A DNA stretch of 64,000 nt from an uncultured bacterium (GCA_902764415.1 CACWVU010000004.1:15758-79757), one strand, 5' to 3'. Counted from the stretch's first letter, positions 19,701 to 29,169 are shown. The notes: generated by a model from the sequence alone, not told the origin. Numbers and translations: made by a program.

Positions 19701-20380
19701 GACGGGATATCCGGCATCTCAATTTCCAAGCCAGCAAGCCCAGCGCCACTTACATCAACACGTTTAATGCCTGTATCCTTTAGCCAGTAAACCACTTTAC
19801 GCATAGCCATTAGAGAAACAGCAACAACCTCAAACAATGAAAACCAAAATATAACACATGCGTAATTTGCGACCCAATCATGTATCGCCGGTGTTACATA
19901 CTTCACAAAAACATCTGGTTGCATAATGCCAATGATACCCCCACCTATCAAAAGCACTACGGTAATTATTTTCCAACTCCACCATGCCGCATCCTTATGC
20001 AGGTGAACTATTTGCTGCAAAATACTTAATTCTAATTTGTGCTCAAACTCAGTTTTTTCCTCTTCTGTCTTGCCAATTCTATGTTGCTCAAGGAATAAGG
20101 CCAAAGAAACCCACAGAACATTCTTCTTTCCCTTGAAATAAGTCCTCAAGAATGAACTTTTCCCAGCCCCATACAATCCAGTTACCGCAATATTTTTGAT
20201 AGCATCGTTCTTTGACGACAGCGCAAAATCCATCGCCTCAGAGTACGTCTTGATATCTTCCGCGTTCTCTGTCGGTGTTAGCGATTGGAACGGCGATTCT
20301 ATCGAATGCCAAATATTTGTCGGCAGCATCAATTCCAAGACTTTCATAAGACATTTCTTCATGGCATATCCTCCCGTCAA
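16718..20380 (-). CDS. KAP-family P-loop NTPase (1220 aa) with TM segments inserted in the NTPase domain and a large uncharacterised C-terminal region
   Basis: Walker A GLYGAGKSSFL, inserted hydrophobic helices (WWSWKIITVVLLIGGGIIGIM...), Walker B VVFEDIDRF. 4-nt overlap with the upstream gene. Confidence 0.8.
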   Translation of the reverse strand: MTGGYAMKKCLMKVLELMLPTNIWHSIESPFQSLTPTENAEDIKTYSEAMDFALSSKNDAIKNIAVTGLYGAGKSSFLRTYFKGKKNVLWVSLALFLEQHRIGKTEEEKTEFEHKLELSILQQIVHLHKDAAWWSWKIITVVLLIGGGIIGIMQPDVFVKYVTPAIHDWVANYACVIFWFSLFEVVAVSLMAMRKVVYWLKDTGIKRVDVSGAGLAGLEIEMPDIPSCSMLNRNIRTIINFFSASKCSIVVFEDIDRFNDLCIFTKLRELNLLLNNSHQISVKKKPIRFIYALREELFEDEKSKVKFFDFVIPIIPRINASNSRTELLAFLNDWSDTKPDETLVRFVKVVSPYISDMRLLKNICNEYYTYREQVIDYTSEQELLGLVVFKNFFPKDFALMHDERGMMWKFLEKKKEAQERLAKDIDDKISNLKHEIDCINGEKLTDIQQLQLLYYATLMREFDPHNAYVHIQGEQRFASAILYYDNWFEVLRRNGFSGGSYGNRPIKWADIEKKTDPNCTYDEHVKRIESHQNGRIEKIKQEIQVLKERRLTIKHKTIQELMVEGVLKDDEIKVIIQESSEDRQDAELVILLLKNGYLNEKYYYNISIFHEVDGVNSIQDYLFEVGVTRGDDADWKTKLKNPRALIESLELHYFSTPSMPNYDICRELLTSPESEKAKEFWQLISKKDLRSYEFVDGYLTEVAKGDDARKLFDCIMSATPNYMAELIETSVSGDGWPREFIEKQLGLYVAWTMRQEKAVVPSNIVKEYVEQTAAMPQLLRDNGINDVETMTAFVRQFDLKFEVLDFKLAQETGFIEVVISECAYLLDANMLKEILNAKGIDVSDFEKKNYSVINSCGIKQLVDYVDREFKTYLDNVYLQLESQQEDSIENIAFVFNRDDLGEDDITRFVEKQSKQGRIDDAKKLVSDRALALCIRLKWLVPTWNNAAEVWNRNTDDETLFWEYVNDIDCYSVLSQKNSRGIAWEEDENLAKRLAEEVQLSDDAMNGLLSGMSKGVISRYSGANATPKRIEYLAKGNRIKYSNELYQALRDIGNDSHIVYAAMFINEFCNEYSDGMANRDDVKKLFAPDKISRRNIPMVANTLKDVVLGNEDLIIGVASYINVGNYTQFDEAILDAVVGKLSLATLQCKIIQHLGGDTDEIRNRLRRMSEPYNRLGELGCHPQISKWEGVGAFIEFLKGKGIVSSTSEKADGKIQVNTTQS

Positions 20381-21585
20381 TACTCGCCCATCTCTCGTTT
20401 AATCGGCTGATGTTTGCCATATTCATAATAGCAGGCCAACGTAAGAAGCATTTTAATCTCACTATCAGGCATATCGCGCTGGTCGATCTTGACCCACTTG
20501 CATACAAAATCTTTTGCAATCATATCTATGTCTGGTGTCGCCCAATCACGCTTGTCTGGATTCCCAAGATATTCAAATATTTTTCGCAAAGTATAATTCA
20601 ATTTTCGAGACTCTTCCACCTCTATTTCTGTCAGATGATTTACTATGCTAAAGTATTCAGCGTAGTCAAGCCTCGAGAAAGCCTTGCAAAGCGCGGGTAG
20701 GGAATCAACAATCTCTTGCCTGAACATCTTTACACGCGATTGATTTACTTCAAGCGTACACGGGCATTCCAAGAGATCAATAAGTTGCTGTGTCTCGTAA
20801 ACAGACCAATCATCACATCGCTTGTCAAACTCATCCCGCATAAACTTCAGTTGATCCAATGGTGGTAACTGACTGTCAACTTTGACCATTTTCCAGGCCT
20901 TAGTGCTCTCCTTTATTTTCTTGTTCACTTTATCAAGCACTAAACCGAGGGACTCATACCGTGACTTCAGATAATCTTTTAAAACCGAGAACCGAACACG
21001 TAAAGTCTTCCAATCACGTTCTTTGACAGACGAATATATCATAACACCGACATAATCATCTGGCTCGTATGCGTATCTCTTCAGCGCGCGCTCGACAATG
21101 AAGGGGCAATACTGAACCTCTCCTTCAAGAAGAATGCCTTGTGATCTTGTAACCATACCCGGATGGGCAAATACCAAAGAACGAAAGTATTGAAAAAATG
21201 CATCATCAGTAGGACAACCTTCTTCGGGAATGCTTAACGGCTCGCCCATGCAGACATTTTTGAAGAACTTACAACTATCTGGATGCCCCTTGTCAAAAAT
21301 TGTTGCGCTTAAACCAAACTCCTCGCGCAGGCGCTCTATTGAGTCCTTAACTACGCTTGCAAACATCATGAATGTCATCAACCCTGTCGGGGCATCCATA
21401 CCCTTGGGAGTCTCCTGATGAGTGTTTATCCATGCCGTCGCATGTCGCAACCGATCAAGCACCGCACAAACCTGCGAATGTTTGGCTTTTAACTCCTCGT
21501 CATAGGAAAATACATTTGTGCTATTCAATGTGCCGTACATTGAATCACAAATACGCTCATCGAGTAATGGTTTAAAGGAGTTCAT
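20377..21585 (-). CDS. hypothetical protein (402 aa), translationally coupled to the KAP NTPase
   Basis: Non-GC-artefact amino-acid composition. ATGA overlap with the KAP gene. No motif recognised. Confidence 0.6.
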   Translation of the reverse strand: MNSFKPLLDERICDSMYGTLNSTNVFSYDEELKAKHSQVCAVLDRLRHATAWINTHQETPKGMDAPTGLMTFMMFASVVKDSIERLREEFGLSATIFDKGHPDSCKFFKNVCMGEPLSIPEEGCPTDDAFFQYFRSLVFAHPGMVTRSQGILLEGEVQYCPFIVERALKRYAYEPDDYVGVMIYSSVKERDWKTLRVRFSVLKDYLKSRYESLGLVLDKVNKKIKESTKAWKMVKVDSQLPPLDQLKFMRDEFDKRCDDWSVYETQQLIDLLECPCTLEVNQSRVKMFRQEIVDSLPALCKAFSRLDYAEYFSIVNHLTEIEVEESRKLNYTLRKIFEYLGNPDKRDWATPDIDMIAKDFVCKWVKIDQRDMPDSEIKMLLTLACYYEYGKHQPIKREMGEY

Positions 21586-21615
21586 AGTTAGTCGGTTCCA
21601 TAGCGTAGTTCAAGA

Positions 21616-22623
21616 TTATTCATAACAAGCTGGCCGATGTCCTCGCGCCCAGACCCAGTTATTAGAATGGTCTGCTCCAATGGTGTTTACAATGGTAATA
21701 GTACTAGACTCAATTTGATGCTTTGATAGGAACTTATAGATCGTTTTTACGTCATCCTCCGTAATAACACAACCCCCAATAACACGTATCAGGTCAAAGC
21801 CTGCGCTTGTTAGAGAAAATGTATGCACCCACAGTACGCCTCCGGTTATTCTAAGCCTAGACACACCATCACTTAATCTAATCGTCAACTCTTCTGATCC
21901 TTCAAGTGGATTCATCTTTGCCGCCGACTGAAGGTTACTCATCAAGCCAAGTTCTTGAAATCGTACGATGTCGTCATACGAACCAAATATTGGCCTGTTA
22001 TCATAGCTGACAATCAATTCGCCGCCAATCGCTCCTCTACACAGATTGGCAAAACACATGCAATCGTTCTTTGACAGGTTCTTAACAACATCTAACGTTC
22101 GCATCGAGATTCGATTAGGCTGCACGACCTCTTCTTTCAAGAGCCCTGCCCACCACTGACGAAGTTCATTATCGTCAATCATTTCCGCCTCTCGACGCCA
22201 ACGATTGAAAAAAGTCTGTGATATCGGTTCATCAGAAATTTCTTCGGATGGGACTGTAGATATCTGTCGTATTGCCTCTTCCATGGCTGCCTGTAAGCGA
22301 CGTGCGTCTGACATATGGTTTAGTGTATGCAAAGCATCATAGGCATCCACAACCGTAACAGGTGCAGGGCAATCCAGCAATTGACCTTCTCTGTAAACTT
22401 TTATACCGTTTCTTACGTCAGTACAGTCTTTTTCTGTCTGCGCTTGAATCAACGCTACAGCCCGTTCGTTCTTAGCGATCCATTTGCCAAACAAAGCTTT
22501 TAGCAACTTGCCTAACCCTTTATTGGACGACGACACAACATCGGCTGTCGCCTGAACCAATGGCGTAGCATCAGCACTCACATCTGCATTAACATTTCCT
22601 TGCACTGGAATTGTCGCTCTCAT
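21616..22623 (-). CDS. hypothetical protein (335 aa); possible DUF2806 / Abi-like
   Basis: Segment ...FFNRWRREAEMIDDNELRQWWAGLLKEEVVQPNRISMRTLDVVKNL... resembles the DUF2806 family as I recall it, with low certainty. 3-nt gap after hsdS. Confidence 0.55.
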   Translation of the reverse strand: MRATIPVQGNVNADVSADATPLVQATADVVSSSNKGLGKLLKALFGKWIAKNERAVALIQAQTEKDCTDVRNGIKVYREGQLLDCPAPVTVVDAYDALHTLNHMSDARRLQAAMEEAIRQISTVPSEEISDEPISQTFFNRWRREAEMIDDNELRQWWAGLLKEEVVQPNRISMRTLDVVKNLSKNDCMCFANLCRGAIGGELIVSYDNRPIFGSYDDIVRFQELGLMSNLQSAAKMNPLEGSEELTIRLSDGVSRLRITGGVLWVHTFSLTSAGFDLIRVIGGCVITEDDVKTIYKFLSKHQIESSTITIVNTIGADHSNNWVWARGHRPACYE

Positions 22624-22626
22624 GTC

Positions 22627-23997
22627 TTATTCTCCTTTCAACCTTGTCTTACCCGTCAGCAGTTCCTGCATCATGCCGGATTTGATGCGCTCGTATTTCG
22701 CACAGTCGGCCTCAAGCGCCGCAATCTCCGCATCCATGTCTGATACCACCGCCCCAATCGCCTTCTGCTCGGCAAGAGTGGGGAAAGCAAACGCCAACCC
22801 TTCAATATCCTTTGCATTCAAATTGTTGATTGCCGACCCAGTAAGGATATCATCCAACTGCCGCCGGTAACTCTGTGATTGAAGCAGATATCCCACAAAG
22901 CATGAATCAACACTTTTTACACATCGAAATACAGCCATAAAAGCACCAAAAGTAGCTACCTCCGCTTTATGCCATACTGCCGCCTTACCAACAAGGTTTC
23001 TACTGCCGTTTGCGGCACAAATGAGTATATCCCCTTCAGTCAACTGCTGACAACCTGCTATACACTCATTCATCACATACAAAACATCATGGCAAATGAT
23101 CTGGTTGTCTTGAATATTATTAGCTCTAAGTAGCACTGTGGCGTTTGGCATTAACGTAAGTGATGATTGCTCTGGCCTGAAACTAACACCTCTAATCGAT
23201 TCACCGATCCCTCCCAGCCGCTTCACCTCCCAATCCACGGGAATGGGGCCAAGTTCAGTCTGCTTGAACTCGGCGCGTGCTGCGCCAAACCCCGGCAGGC
23301 GGGTTTTGCCGGTGAGGAGCTGCTGCATTGCACCAGTCTTGATGTTACGCTTTTTCTCGATGAGTTTCCCCAACGCCGAAATCAACTCATCGACATCCGA
23401 CAACGCCCTCGCGATCCTCCGCTGCTCGGCGAGAGGGGGAAGAGGGATTTCACTTCGCGAAAGATCGCCTATACTTATACTTGCTTGGTTAATAGCTATT
23501 TTAGCCAGCTCGCGTGCCTTGCTCCTCATGGGGGATGATGAAAGAGCATAATACAAATAGTTTGCATTGGCACTTTCGTTACACCGCAAGAGCAGAAGAT
23601 TCATCCCATGATATAACAGCTCCTTGCCATCATATAATGCAACATTCCCAATGTATGGCAAACTATTTATGTGGCTAAACAGGATATCACCGTTGCTCAA
23701 CATATAATCAGCGGGCGGCGCATCTTTTACATAACCAACGCGAGAATAATTCACAACGCCTTTTGAGATTGTCTCAATTCGAGAAATCTTATAAGAGCCA
23801 CGATTACACACCGAATAAGTAAATCCATTTTTTATTCGTGTGCAACATTCCCCCAGCCGCTTCACCTCCCAATCCACGGGAATGGGGCCGAGTTCGGTCA
23901 TCTTGAACTCTGCGCTCTCAGCGGTCTCTGCGTGAGGTTTTTCCCCGCCCGTAGCATTAGAACCGAGTTCAGCCTTTCTTGATTTCGGCGGCTTCAT
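22627..23997 (-). CDS. hsdS: type I restriction-modification specificity subunit
   Basis: Two target-recognition domains, each preceded by the conserved repeat ...TELGPIPVDWEVKRLGE... Confidence 0.9.
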   Translation of the reverse strand: MKPPKSRKAELGSNATGGEKPHAETAESAEFKMTELGPIPVDWEVKRLGECCTRIKNGFTYSVCNRGSYKISRIETISKGVVNYSRVGYVKDAPPADYMLSNGDILFSHINSLPYIGNVALYDGKELLYHGMNLLLLRCNESANANYLYYALSSSPMRSKARELAKIAINQASISIGDLSRSEIPLPPLAEQRRIARALSDVDELISALGKLIEKKRNIKTGAMQQLLTGKTRLPGFGAARAEFKQTELGPIPVDWEVKRLGGIGESIRGVSFRPEQSSLTLMPNATVLLRANNIQDNQIICHDVLYVMNECIAGCQQLTEGDILICAANGSRNLVGKAAVWHKAEVATFGAFMAVFRCVKSVDSCFVGYLLQSQSYRRQLDDILTGSAINNLNAKDIEGLAFAFPTLAEQKAIGAVVSDMDAEIAALEADCAKYERIKSGMMQELLTGKTRLKGE

Positions 23998-25076
23998 TCA
24001 CCCTCCTTTCCGCGCTCGCCCTTCTCCTTCTTGATCTCTTCTTCGAGCGCGAGGAGGTAGCGGTCGTAGTCGCTCATGAAGAGCCGGTCTTGCACGATGC
24101 GGTATTTCTCGAACTCGTTTTCAGCATGTTCTTCCGCAATTGCGGCGGTCACATTCTCGACCTGTTCAATCGTAATCGGTCCGTCCCAAATCGCCACAAA
24201 CTTGTCGAGGCGCCTCTCCCACGCCTCCATCGTCATAGGGATATGCCGAAGCGCGGCATTCTCCGCAAATTCCAGGTAGGCATTGACAAGCCTCTCAAGC
24301 ATTCCAAGTTCATCTTCGGTCAAGTAGTTCTTGGCAATGACTACGTCGCTCTTGCGAATCTTTCCATTGGGCGAAGCCGCCCAGCTACTCAGCCCCATGT
24401 GCTCCTTCGCCGCGTCGGCACGCGAAAAGATGATTTGGGCTGCCGTAAGGCCGTTGACAGCTTGGTGCATCTTGTTCTGGACTGTCGCAAAGAATCTCCG
24501 TGTCCGAAGTGCCTTGCTGTCATAGTCGATGGCAGTCGCGTAGATGTCCGTCACCTTCTGATAGAACTTACGCTCGCTCAGGCGTATTTCTCGAATATCT
24601 TCAAGGAGACGTTCAAAATATTGATTTGAAATCGGAGAACCATCCTTCATTCGAGGCTTGTCGAGAACATAGCCACGAATCGTGTACTGTGAAACGATCT
24701 GGTTGGCCCACTTTCTGAACTGCACCGCCCGCTCGTTATCTATCTTGAAGCCAAGAGCGATTATAACTTGCAAGTTGTAGTGGTTTACACGGTAGTTCTT
24801 GCCGTTGTCGGCAACTATTAAAATTTCTTTAATAGTTGACGCCTTATCAAGCTCGGCGTCTTCGTACAATTTCCGCAAATGGTAGGCGATGTTCGGCACC
24901 TCCACGCCATACACCGCCGCGAGCATTTTCTGGCTCATCCAGATATTCTCGTCTTCGTAGCGTATTTCATACCGCTCGTCGACAGCACCGACAGAGGCAA
25001 TGTAAGTAATGAACTGGGCCGCGCTCGACTTCTGAGGCTCCATGTTGTCCCAATTGCTCTTTTTCTTCTTTGCCAT
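23994..25076 (-). CDS. RhuM-family protein (often embedded in type I RM loci)
   Basis: N-terminal ...IWMSQKMLAAVYGVEVPNIAYHLRKLYEDAEL... is typical of RhuM. 4-nt overlap with hsdS. Confidence 0.65.
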   Translation of the reverse strand: MAKKKKSNWDNMEPQKSSAAQFITYIASVGAVDERYEIRYEDENIWMSQKMLAAVYGVEVPNIAYHLRKLYEDAELDKASTIKEILIVADNGKNYRVNHYNLQVIIALGFKIDNERAVQFRKWANQIVSQYTIRGYVLDKPRMKDGSPISNQYFERLLEDIREIRLSERKFYQKVTDIYATAIDYDSKALRTRRFFATVQNKMHQAVNGLTAAQIIFSRADAAKEHMGLSSWAASPNGKIRKSDVVIAKNYLTEDELGMLERLVNAYLEFAENAALRHIPMTMEAWERRLDKFVAIWDGPITIEQVENVTAAIAEEHAENEFEKYRIVQDRLFMSDYDRYLLALEEEIKKEKGERGKEGE

Positions 25077-25087
25077 TGGCTGCCTCC

Positions 25088-27421
25088 TTACGGTTTAGCG
25101 ACCTTCGCCACTATCCCCATCTCTACGAGGTGCGCCATTACCTTTCCGCGCAGGGCGGCGACATCGGCCTCGAGCGATGCGAGCGGCCTGTCGTAGCGTT
25201 CAGCGAGTGCCTTTACCTCTGCGGCGATTTGCGAGAGCGTGCGGTCAAGCTCTGCGTCGAAACGGCGGTGTAGTTCCTCTGCCCACTTGTGATGAACGAC
25301 GAGAGTCTTTACATCATCTCCTGTAAGTTCCTCGTAGATGCTCTCGATCTCCCATGCAAAGCGCCTGTCGTCCTCGCGCAGATCTTTCTTGAATAACGCT
25401 ATGCTTTTCTTTAGCTTTTCGACCTCTTCGGGCATTTCATCATCTTCGCCAAGCCCTTCGGTCAATTCGGCGAATTGCGATTCAAGGCCTTCAAGCTCTT
25501 CGACGCGCTCCAAATAGCTCTCGTATGTTTTTGCGCACCGCCCTTTTGCCACGACTTCAGGCGGCAAAAGGTCGCACTGAAGGTCGCGCCAGCCATACGA
25601 TTTCTTCTTGGGTTTTACGAGCCTGGCCTGCCAGCCATCGCGGCAGATAAGATAGCAATCATCTTGCATAGTCTCCGCCCAGTAGTTCATCAGATGTTCG
25701 TATAGGGCGTAGGGGGATGCCAGAGATTGGCTCGCACGCGAGCCAGCGCAGGACAACGCGGGCTGGCGCAAAAGTTCTTCGCCCCATTCTGCGATAATTT
25801 TCTTTGGCTCGGCACCGCGCTTGAGGCCAAGCGCCTTGCGCGTAAAATCGCCAAGCCACCGCGCACAGGCGTTCTCAAACGCATCTATCTGCCCGGCCAT
25901 TTCATCACCCTCTCGCAATTCGCCAACAATCTCTTCCTTGGGCAACGCGAGCTTTACAAAGCCCTTGCGAAGCGGCTTAAAGAGACACGCTGGGTATTTC
26001 GCCGCCTCGTCGACCGGGATACCACCCTTTAGATGGGATGTAAGATTCTGCCGAACTTCCTTGTCGGATGGTGCGACATAGCGCGGTATGTTGAGGTTGT
26101 AGTCGTTTGCCTCAATGTCGGCATACTTCACGAACTGCGCGTAGTGTGGCACGTTCTCGCCGGCGTTCCAGACGTCGACAATGCGCCTTACGTCGCTTTC
26201 GCGCAAGCGGTTCTTCGCGCCATCTTTGGCAAAACCATCTTTGGCATCGATCATAAAGACACCCTTCGATGCCGTCGCGCCTGCTTTATCGAGCACTATG
26301 ATGCAGGCGGGGATGCCCGTGCCGAAGAAAAGGTTTGGTGGCAACCCGATGATGCCCTTTATCCAATGGTGGCGCACGATGTACTTGCGTATCTCCGCCT
26401 CGGCGTTGCCACGGAACAAAACGCCATGCGGCAGAATGACGGCGGCGCGTCCGCTCGGTTTCATCGACTTCAGGATGTGCAGCAAGAAGGCATAGTCGCC
26501 GCACTTCGGCGGTGGCATGGGCGCGACCCCCTCGCCATGCCCCCAGCGCCCGAAGCGATCCTCTTCGCTCGCGCCCTTGAGCCAGCTCTTGACGGAGAAC
26601 GGAGGATTGGCAACGACATAGTCGAACGTGCAAAGCTCGCGGTCGTTGCGCTTGTGCAGGGGATCGGTCAACGTGTCGCCGTGCCTGAGGTCTGGATCGT
26701 CCACGCCATGTACGACCATCGACATGCGCGCCATGCCGATTGTGGCCACGTCCTTTTCCTGGCCTTGTATGGCGACACCCCCTTTCGCCTCCGCCGCCGC
26801 GCGAAGAAGAAGCGACCCGGACCCGCAAGTCGGATCGTAGATCGAAATCATCCTGCGCTTGTCGTCGCCGATGCCGATCACCTTCGCCATTACGCGGCTA
26901 ACTTCGGCGGGGGTGTAGAACTGCCCCTTCGACTTGCCCGACTGCGTGGCGAAGTTTTTCATCAGGTACTCGTATGCGTCGCCGATCAGGTCGTCGTCGG
27001 CAGCGCGGTTGTTAGAGAAGTCGAGGTCTTCGTCCTGGAACACGCCGATGAGTCCGCTCACCGTGTCGACGAGGTCCTTGCCCTTGCCAAGCTTCGTCTC
27101 GTCCGCGAAGTCGGCGTTGTTGACAACGCCTTCAAGGTCGTTCGCGGAGGCGATCTTGGCGAGGATCACATTCACCTTCTCGCCAATGTCCTTGCTGCCC
27201 TTGAGCTGGACAAGGTCGTCAAAGCTGCAGCCCTTCGGTAGTTCTATCAAGAGCGACTTGTCGCCCGATTTCTTCTTGTCGCTCAGGTACTTGATGAACA
27301 GCACCACCAGCACATAGTCCTTGTACTGGCTCGCGTCCATTCCGCCGCGCAGTTCGTCGCATGCTTCCCAGAGCTTTGAATATAGCTGTGATTTCTTAAT
27401 TGCCATCGCTGATACCTCCAC
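25088..27421 (-). CDS. hsdM: type I RM N6-adenine DNA methyltransferase subunit with a long coiled-coil C-terminal extension
   Basis: HsdM_N-like N-terminus, SAM motif, VVANPPFSVKSW (NPPF). 777 aa. Confidence 0.9.
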   Translation of the reverse strand: MEVSAMAIKKSQLYSKLWEACDELRGGMDASQYKDYVLVVLFIKYLSDKKKSGDKSLLIELPKGCSFDDLVQLKGSKDIGEKVNVILAKIASANDLEGVVNNADFADETKLGKGKDLVDTVSGLIGVFQDEDLDFSNNRAADDDLIGDAYEYLMKNFATQSGKSKGQFYTPAEVSRVMAKVIGIGDDKRRMISIYDPTCGSGSLLLRAAAEAKGGVAIQGQEKDVATIGMARMSMVVHGVDDPDLRHGDTLTDPLHKRNDRELCTFDYVVANPPFSVKSWLKGASEEDRFGRWGHGEGVAPMPPPKCGDYAFLLHILKSMKPSGRAAVILPHGVLFRGNAEAEIRKYIVRHHWIKGIIGLPPNLFFGTGIPACIIVLDKAGATASKGVFMIDAKDGFAKDGAKNRLRESDVRRIVDVWNAGENVPHYAQFVKYADIEANDYNLNIPRYVAPSDKEVRQNLTSHLKGGIPVDEAAKYPACLFKPLRKGFVKLALPKEEIVGELREGDEMAGQIDAFENACARWLGDFTRKALGLKRGAEPKKIIAEWGEELLRQPALSCAGSRASQSLASPYALYEHLMNYWAETMQDDCYLICRDGWQARLVKPKKKSYGWRDLQCDLLPPEVVAKGRCAKTYESYLERVEELEGLESQFAELTEGLGEDDEMPEEVEKLKKSIALFKKDLREDDRRFAWEIESIYEELTGDDVKTLVVHHKWAEELHRRFDAELDRTLSQIAAEVKALAERYDRPLASLEADVAALRGKVMAHLVEMGIVAKVAKP

Positions 27422-29144
27422 CGCTTACAGTTTGGGTAAACTGTATTGATACTTCCATGAGATTTCTCTTAAGCTCCCGCTTCAACCTCTTGATTCTCTC
27501 AAGACGCTCACGTACCGCCGATGCCACCTCTCTCGCCTTGTCACTTGCGGCCATTGGAACCGGAAGCTGCAACAGCTTCTTCACGGAAAGCGTCTGCTGA
27601 AGTCCGCTGCTTAGGCGCTTCAGCCACTTCGCACCCTCGGCATCTTCAAAATAGCCCTTAAGAAAATAGGGATCAACACCGATTGGGCGACAGACGAACA
27701 AGTTGCCATCTACGACGTAGATCTTGTTCGGTTCGTCAACCACGGCGCATTTGAATGGTGCGCCAGAACGGGAAATCACCAAATCACCCACCTTAGCCAC
27801 AAAACTTTCGCACCCGTCTGGAATCGCCGAAAGCTTCGACACCTCGTCTTCTATTACGCCGTCGGTTATGCTCTTCGGCGTCAAGTAACATATACCTGGG
27901 CTAGAGTCAGGCGGCAGAAGCAGCCTATCTAACGCTTCCTTCGGCATGACAACGCCACGACGGATCTCCTGAACCAACTCGCCAAGCGGACGCTGTCGCT
28001 CTGACTGCGAAGGTTCGGCAAGATAAACCGCAGGGTCTAGTTCGCCGTCGCGTTTGAGAATCTGGTCCTTGCTCCTCGTCACTATATCCCCGAAATTAGC
28101 AAGGTTTGCGAGATCCTTGACTATTCTCGAGATATTGAAGTTAATCCCGGATACATCGTATTGATCAGAACCGGCCACATCAAAAAGCTTCGTAGAATAG
28201 CACCCCTTCCTAAACGTCACGATAGCTATCGCAATAGACGTGCCTGGATAGACGCCTTCTGGAAACGCCACAACGCCTTCAATCATTCCACGAGCCACGA
28301 AATAGCGTCTGTACGATGCACTTTGAGCACTGCTCAATGCGGCACGTGGCATGATGACTACAGCCCGACCGCCCTCTTTCAATGCAGAAACCGCCTGTGC
28401 AGCAAAAAACCATTCAGAGGAAACAAGCGAAATCTGCGGGAAATCTGGAAATGCTTCTACGAGCGACTGCCTAACACTATTGAAATTAAGTTCACGAACA
28501 TTCAAACCAAACGGCGCATCACAATGTACCTTGTCGAATTTCGCTCGCCTTAAGAGCTTGGGATCGAAGCAGTCGGCCACATGAACCTTCCCATGCGTTC
28601 CGCGAATGAGCGCAATCAGGCCTGCATAACGAGCAATATTTTTATCAAATTCTACGCCAACAATCTCAAATGACTTGTTGTCATTCAGGGCATGGCCATA
28701 TTGCATCCACGCCATATTGACAAAAAAACCAGCGCCAGCACAAAGATCAAGACAAGCATCTCCCGGATGGATGTCAAGTAAAGCAAGCGATAGCGCATCT
28801 AACCTAACCGAATAGTTGACCTTGATATGTATTCGCTTCACATAGTATGTCTCAAAAAGGTCAACCGCATCATCCTCGGAAACCCTCCCGGCCAATTCGT
28901 AGTATTCATTCCAATGTGCGCCAATCGCAGAAACGATAGAATCCAGACAAGGCTTTGGAACATTGCAACTTGAAAGAAAACCGTCCAGGTCAGCGATGTC
29001 AGCTGACATTCCAATATGTCTAGCCCAAAGGCACAAAACCGTTAAGCCACACACCTCGTTGAACAGAGTATCCAATGCATACTTCCGCTCAATGCGATGT
29101 ATGATTTCTCCAATAATCAATATATCTTCTCTCCTGTTTTTCAT
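27396..29144 (-). CDS. second N6-adenine methyltransferase fused to a single HsdS-like target-recognition domain
   Basis: Motif I LDLCAGAGFF, motif IV-like CDAPFG, C-terminal TRD plus the conserved HsdS helix (KKLLQLPVPMAASDKAREVASAVRERLERIKRLK). The ATG at 29142-29144 is preferred over the track's TTG. 26-nt overlap with hsdM. Confidence 0.65.
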   Translation of the reverse strand: MKNRREDILIIGEIIHRIERKYALDTLFNEVCGLTVLCLWARHIGMSADIADLDGFLSSCNVPKPCLDSIVSAIGAHWNEYYELAGRVSEDDAVDLFETYYVKRIHIKVNYSVRLDALSLALLDIHPGDACLDLCAGAGFFVNMAWMQYGHALNDNKSFEIVGVEFDKNIARYAGLIALIRGTHGKVHVADCFDPKLLRRAKFDKVHCDAPFGLNVRELNFNSVRQSLVEAFPDFPQISLVSSEWFFAAQAVSALKEGGRAVVIMPRAALSSAQSASYRRYFVARGMIEGVVAFPEGVYPGTSIAIAIVTFRKGCYSTKLFDVAGSDQYDVSGINFNISRIVKDLANLANFGDIVTRSKDQILKRDGELDPAVYLAEPSQSERQRPLGELVQEIRRGVVMPKEALDRLLLPPDSSPGICYLTPKSITDGVIEDEVSKLSAIPDGCESFVAKVGDLVISRSGAPFKCAVVDEPNKIYVVDGNLFVCRPIGVDPYFLKGYFEDAEGAKWLKRLSSGLQQTLSVKKLLQLPVPMAASDKAREVASAVRERLERIKRLKRELKRNLMEVSIQFTQTVSGGGISDGN

Positions 29145-29160
29145 AATTAATTTTGCGCGT

Positions 29161-29169
29161 ATTATAGCA
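29161..29169 (-). promoter_or_regulatory. extended -10 TGCTATAATACGCG, candidate promoter of the 11-gene island operon
   Basis: About 16 nt upstream of the ATG of the MTase-TRD gene. No SD. Confidence 0.45.

Noticed and set aside
26033-27241. 402-aa plus-strand ORF
   Set aside because: Antisense to hsdM. Arg/Val/Ala-rich composition.
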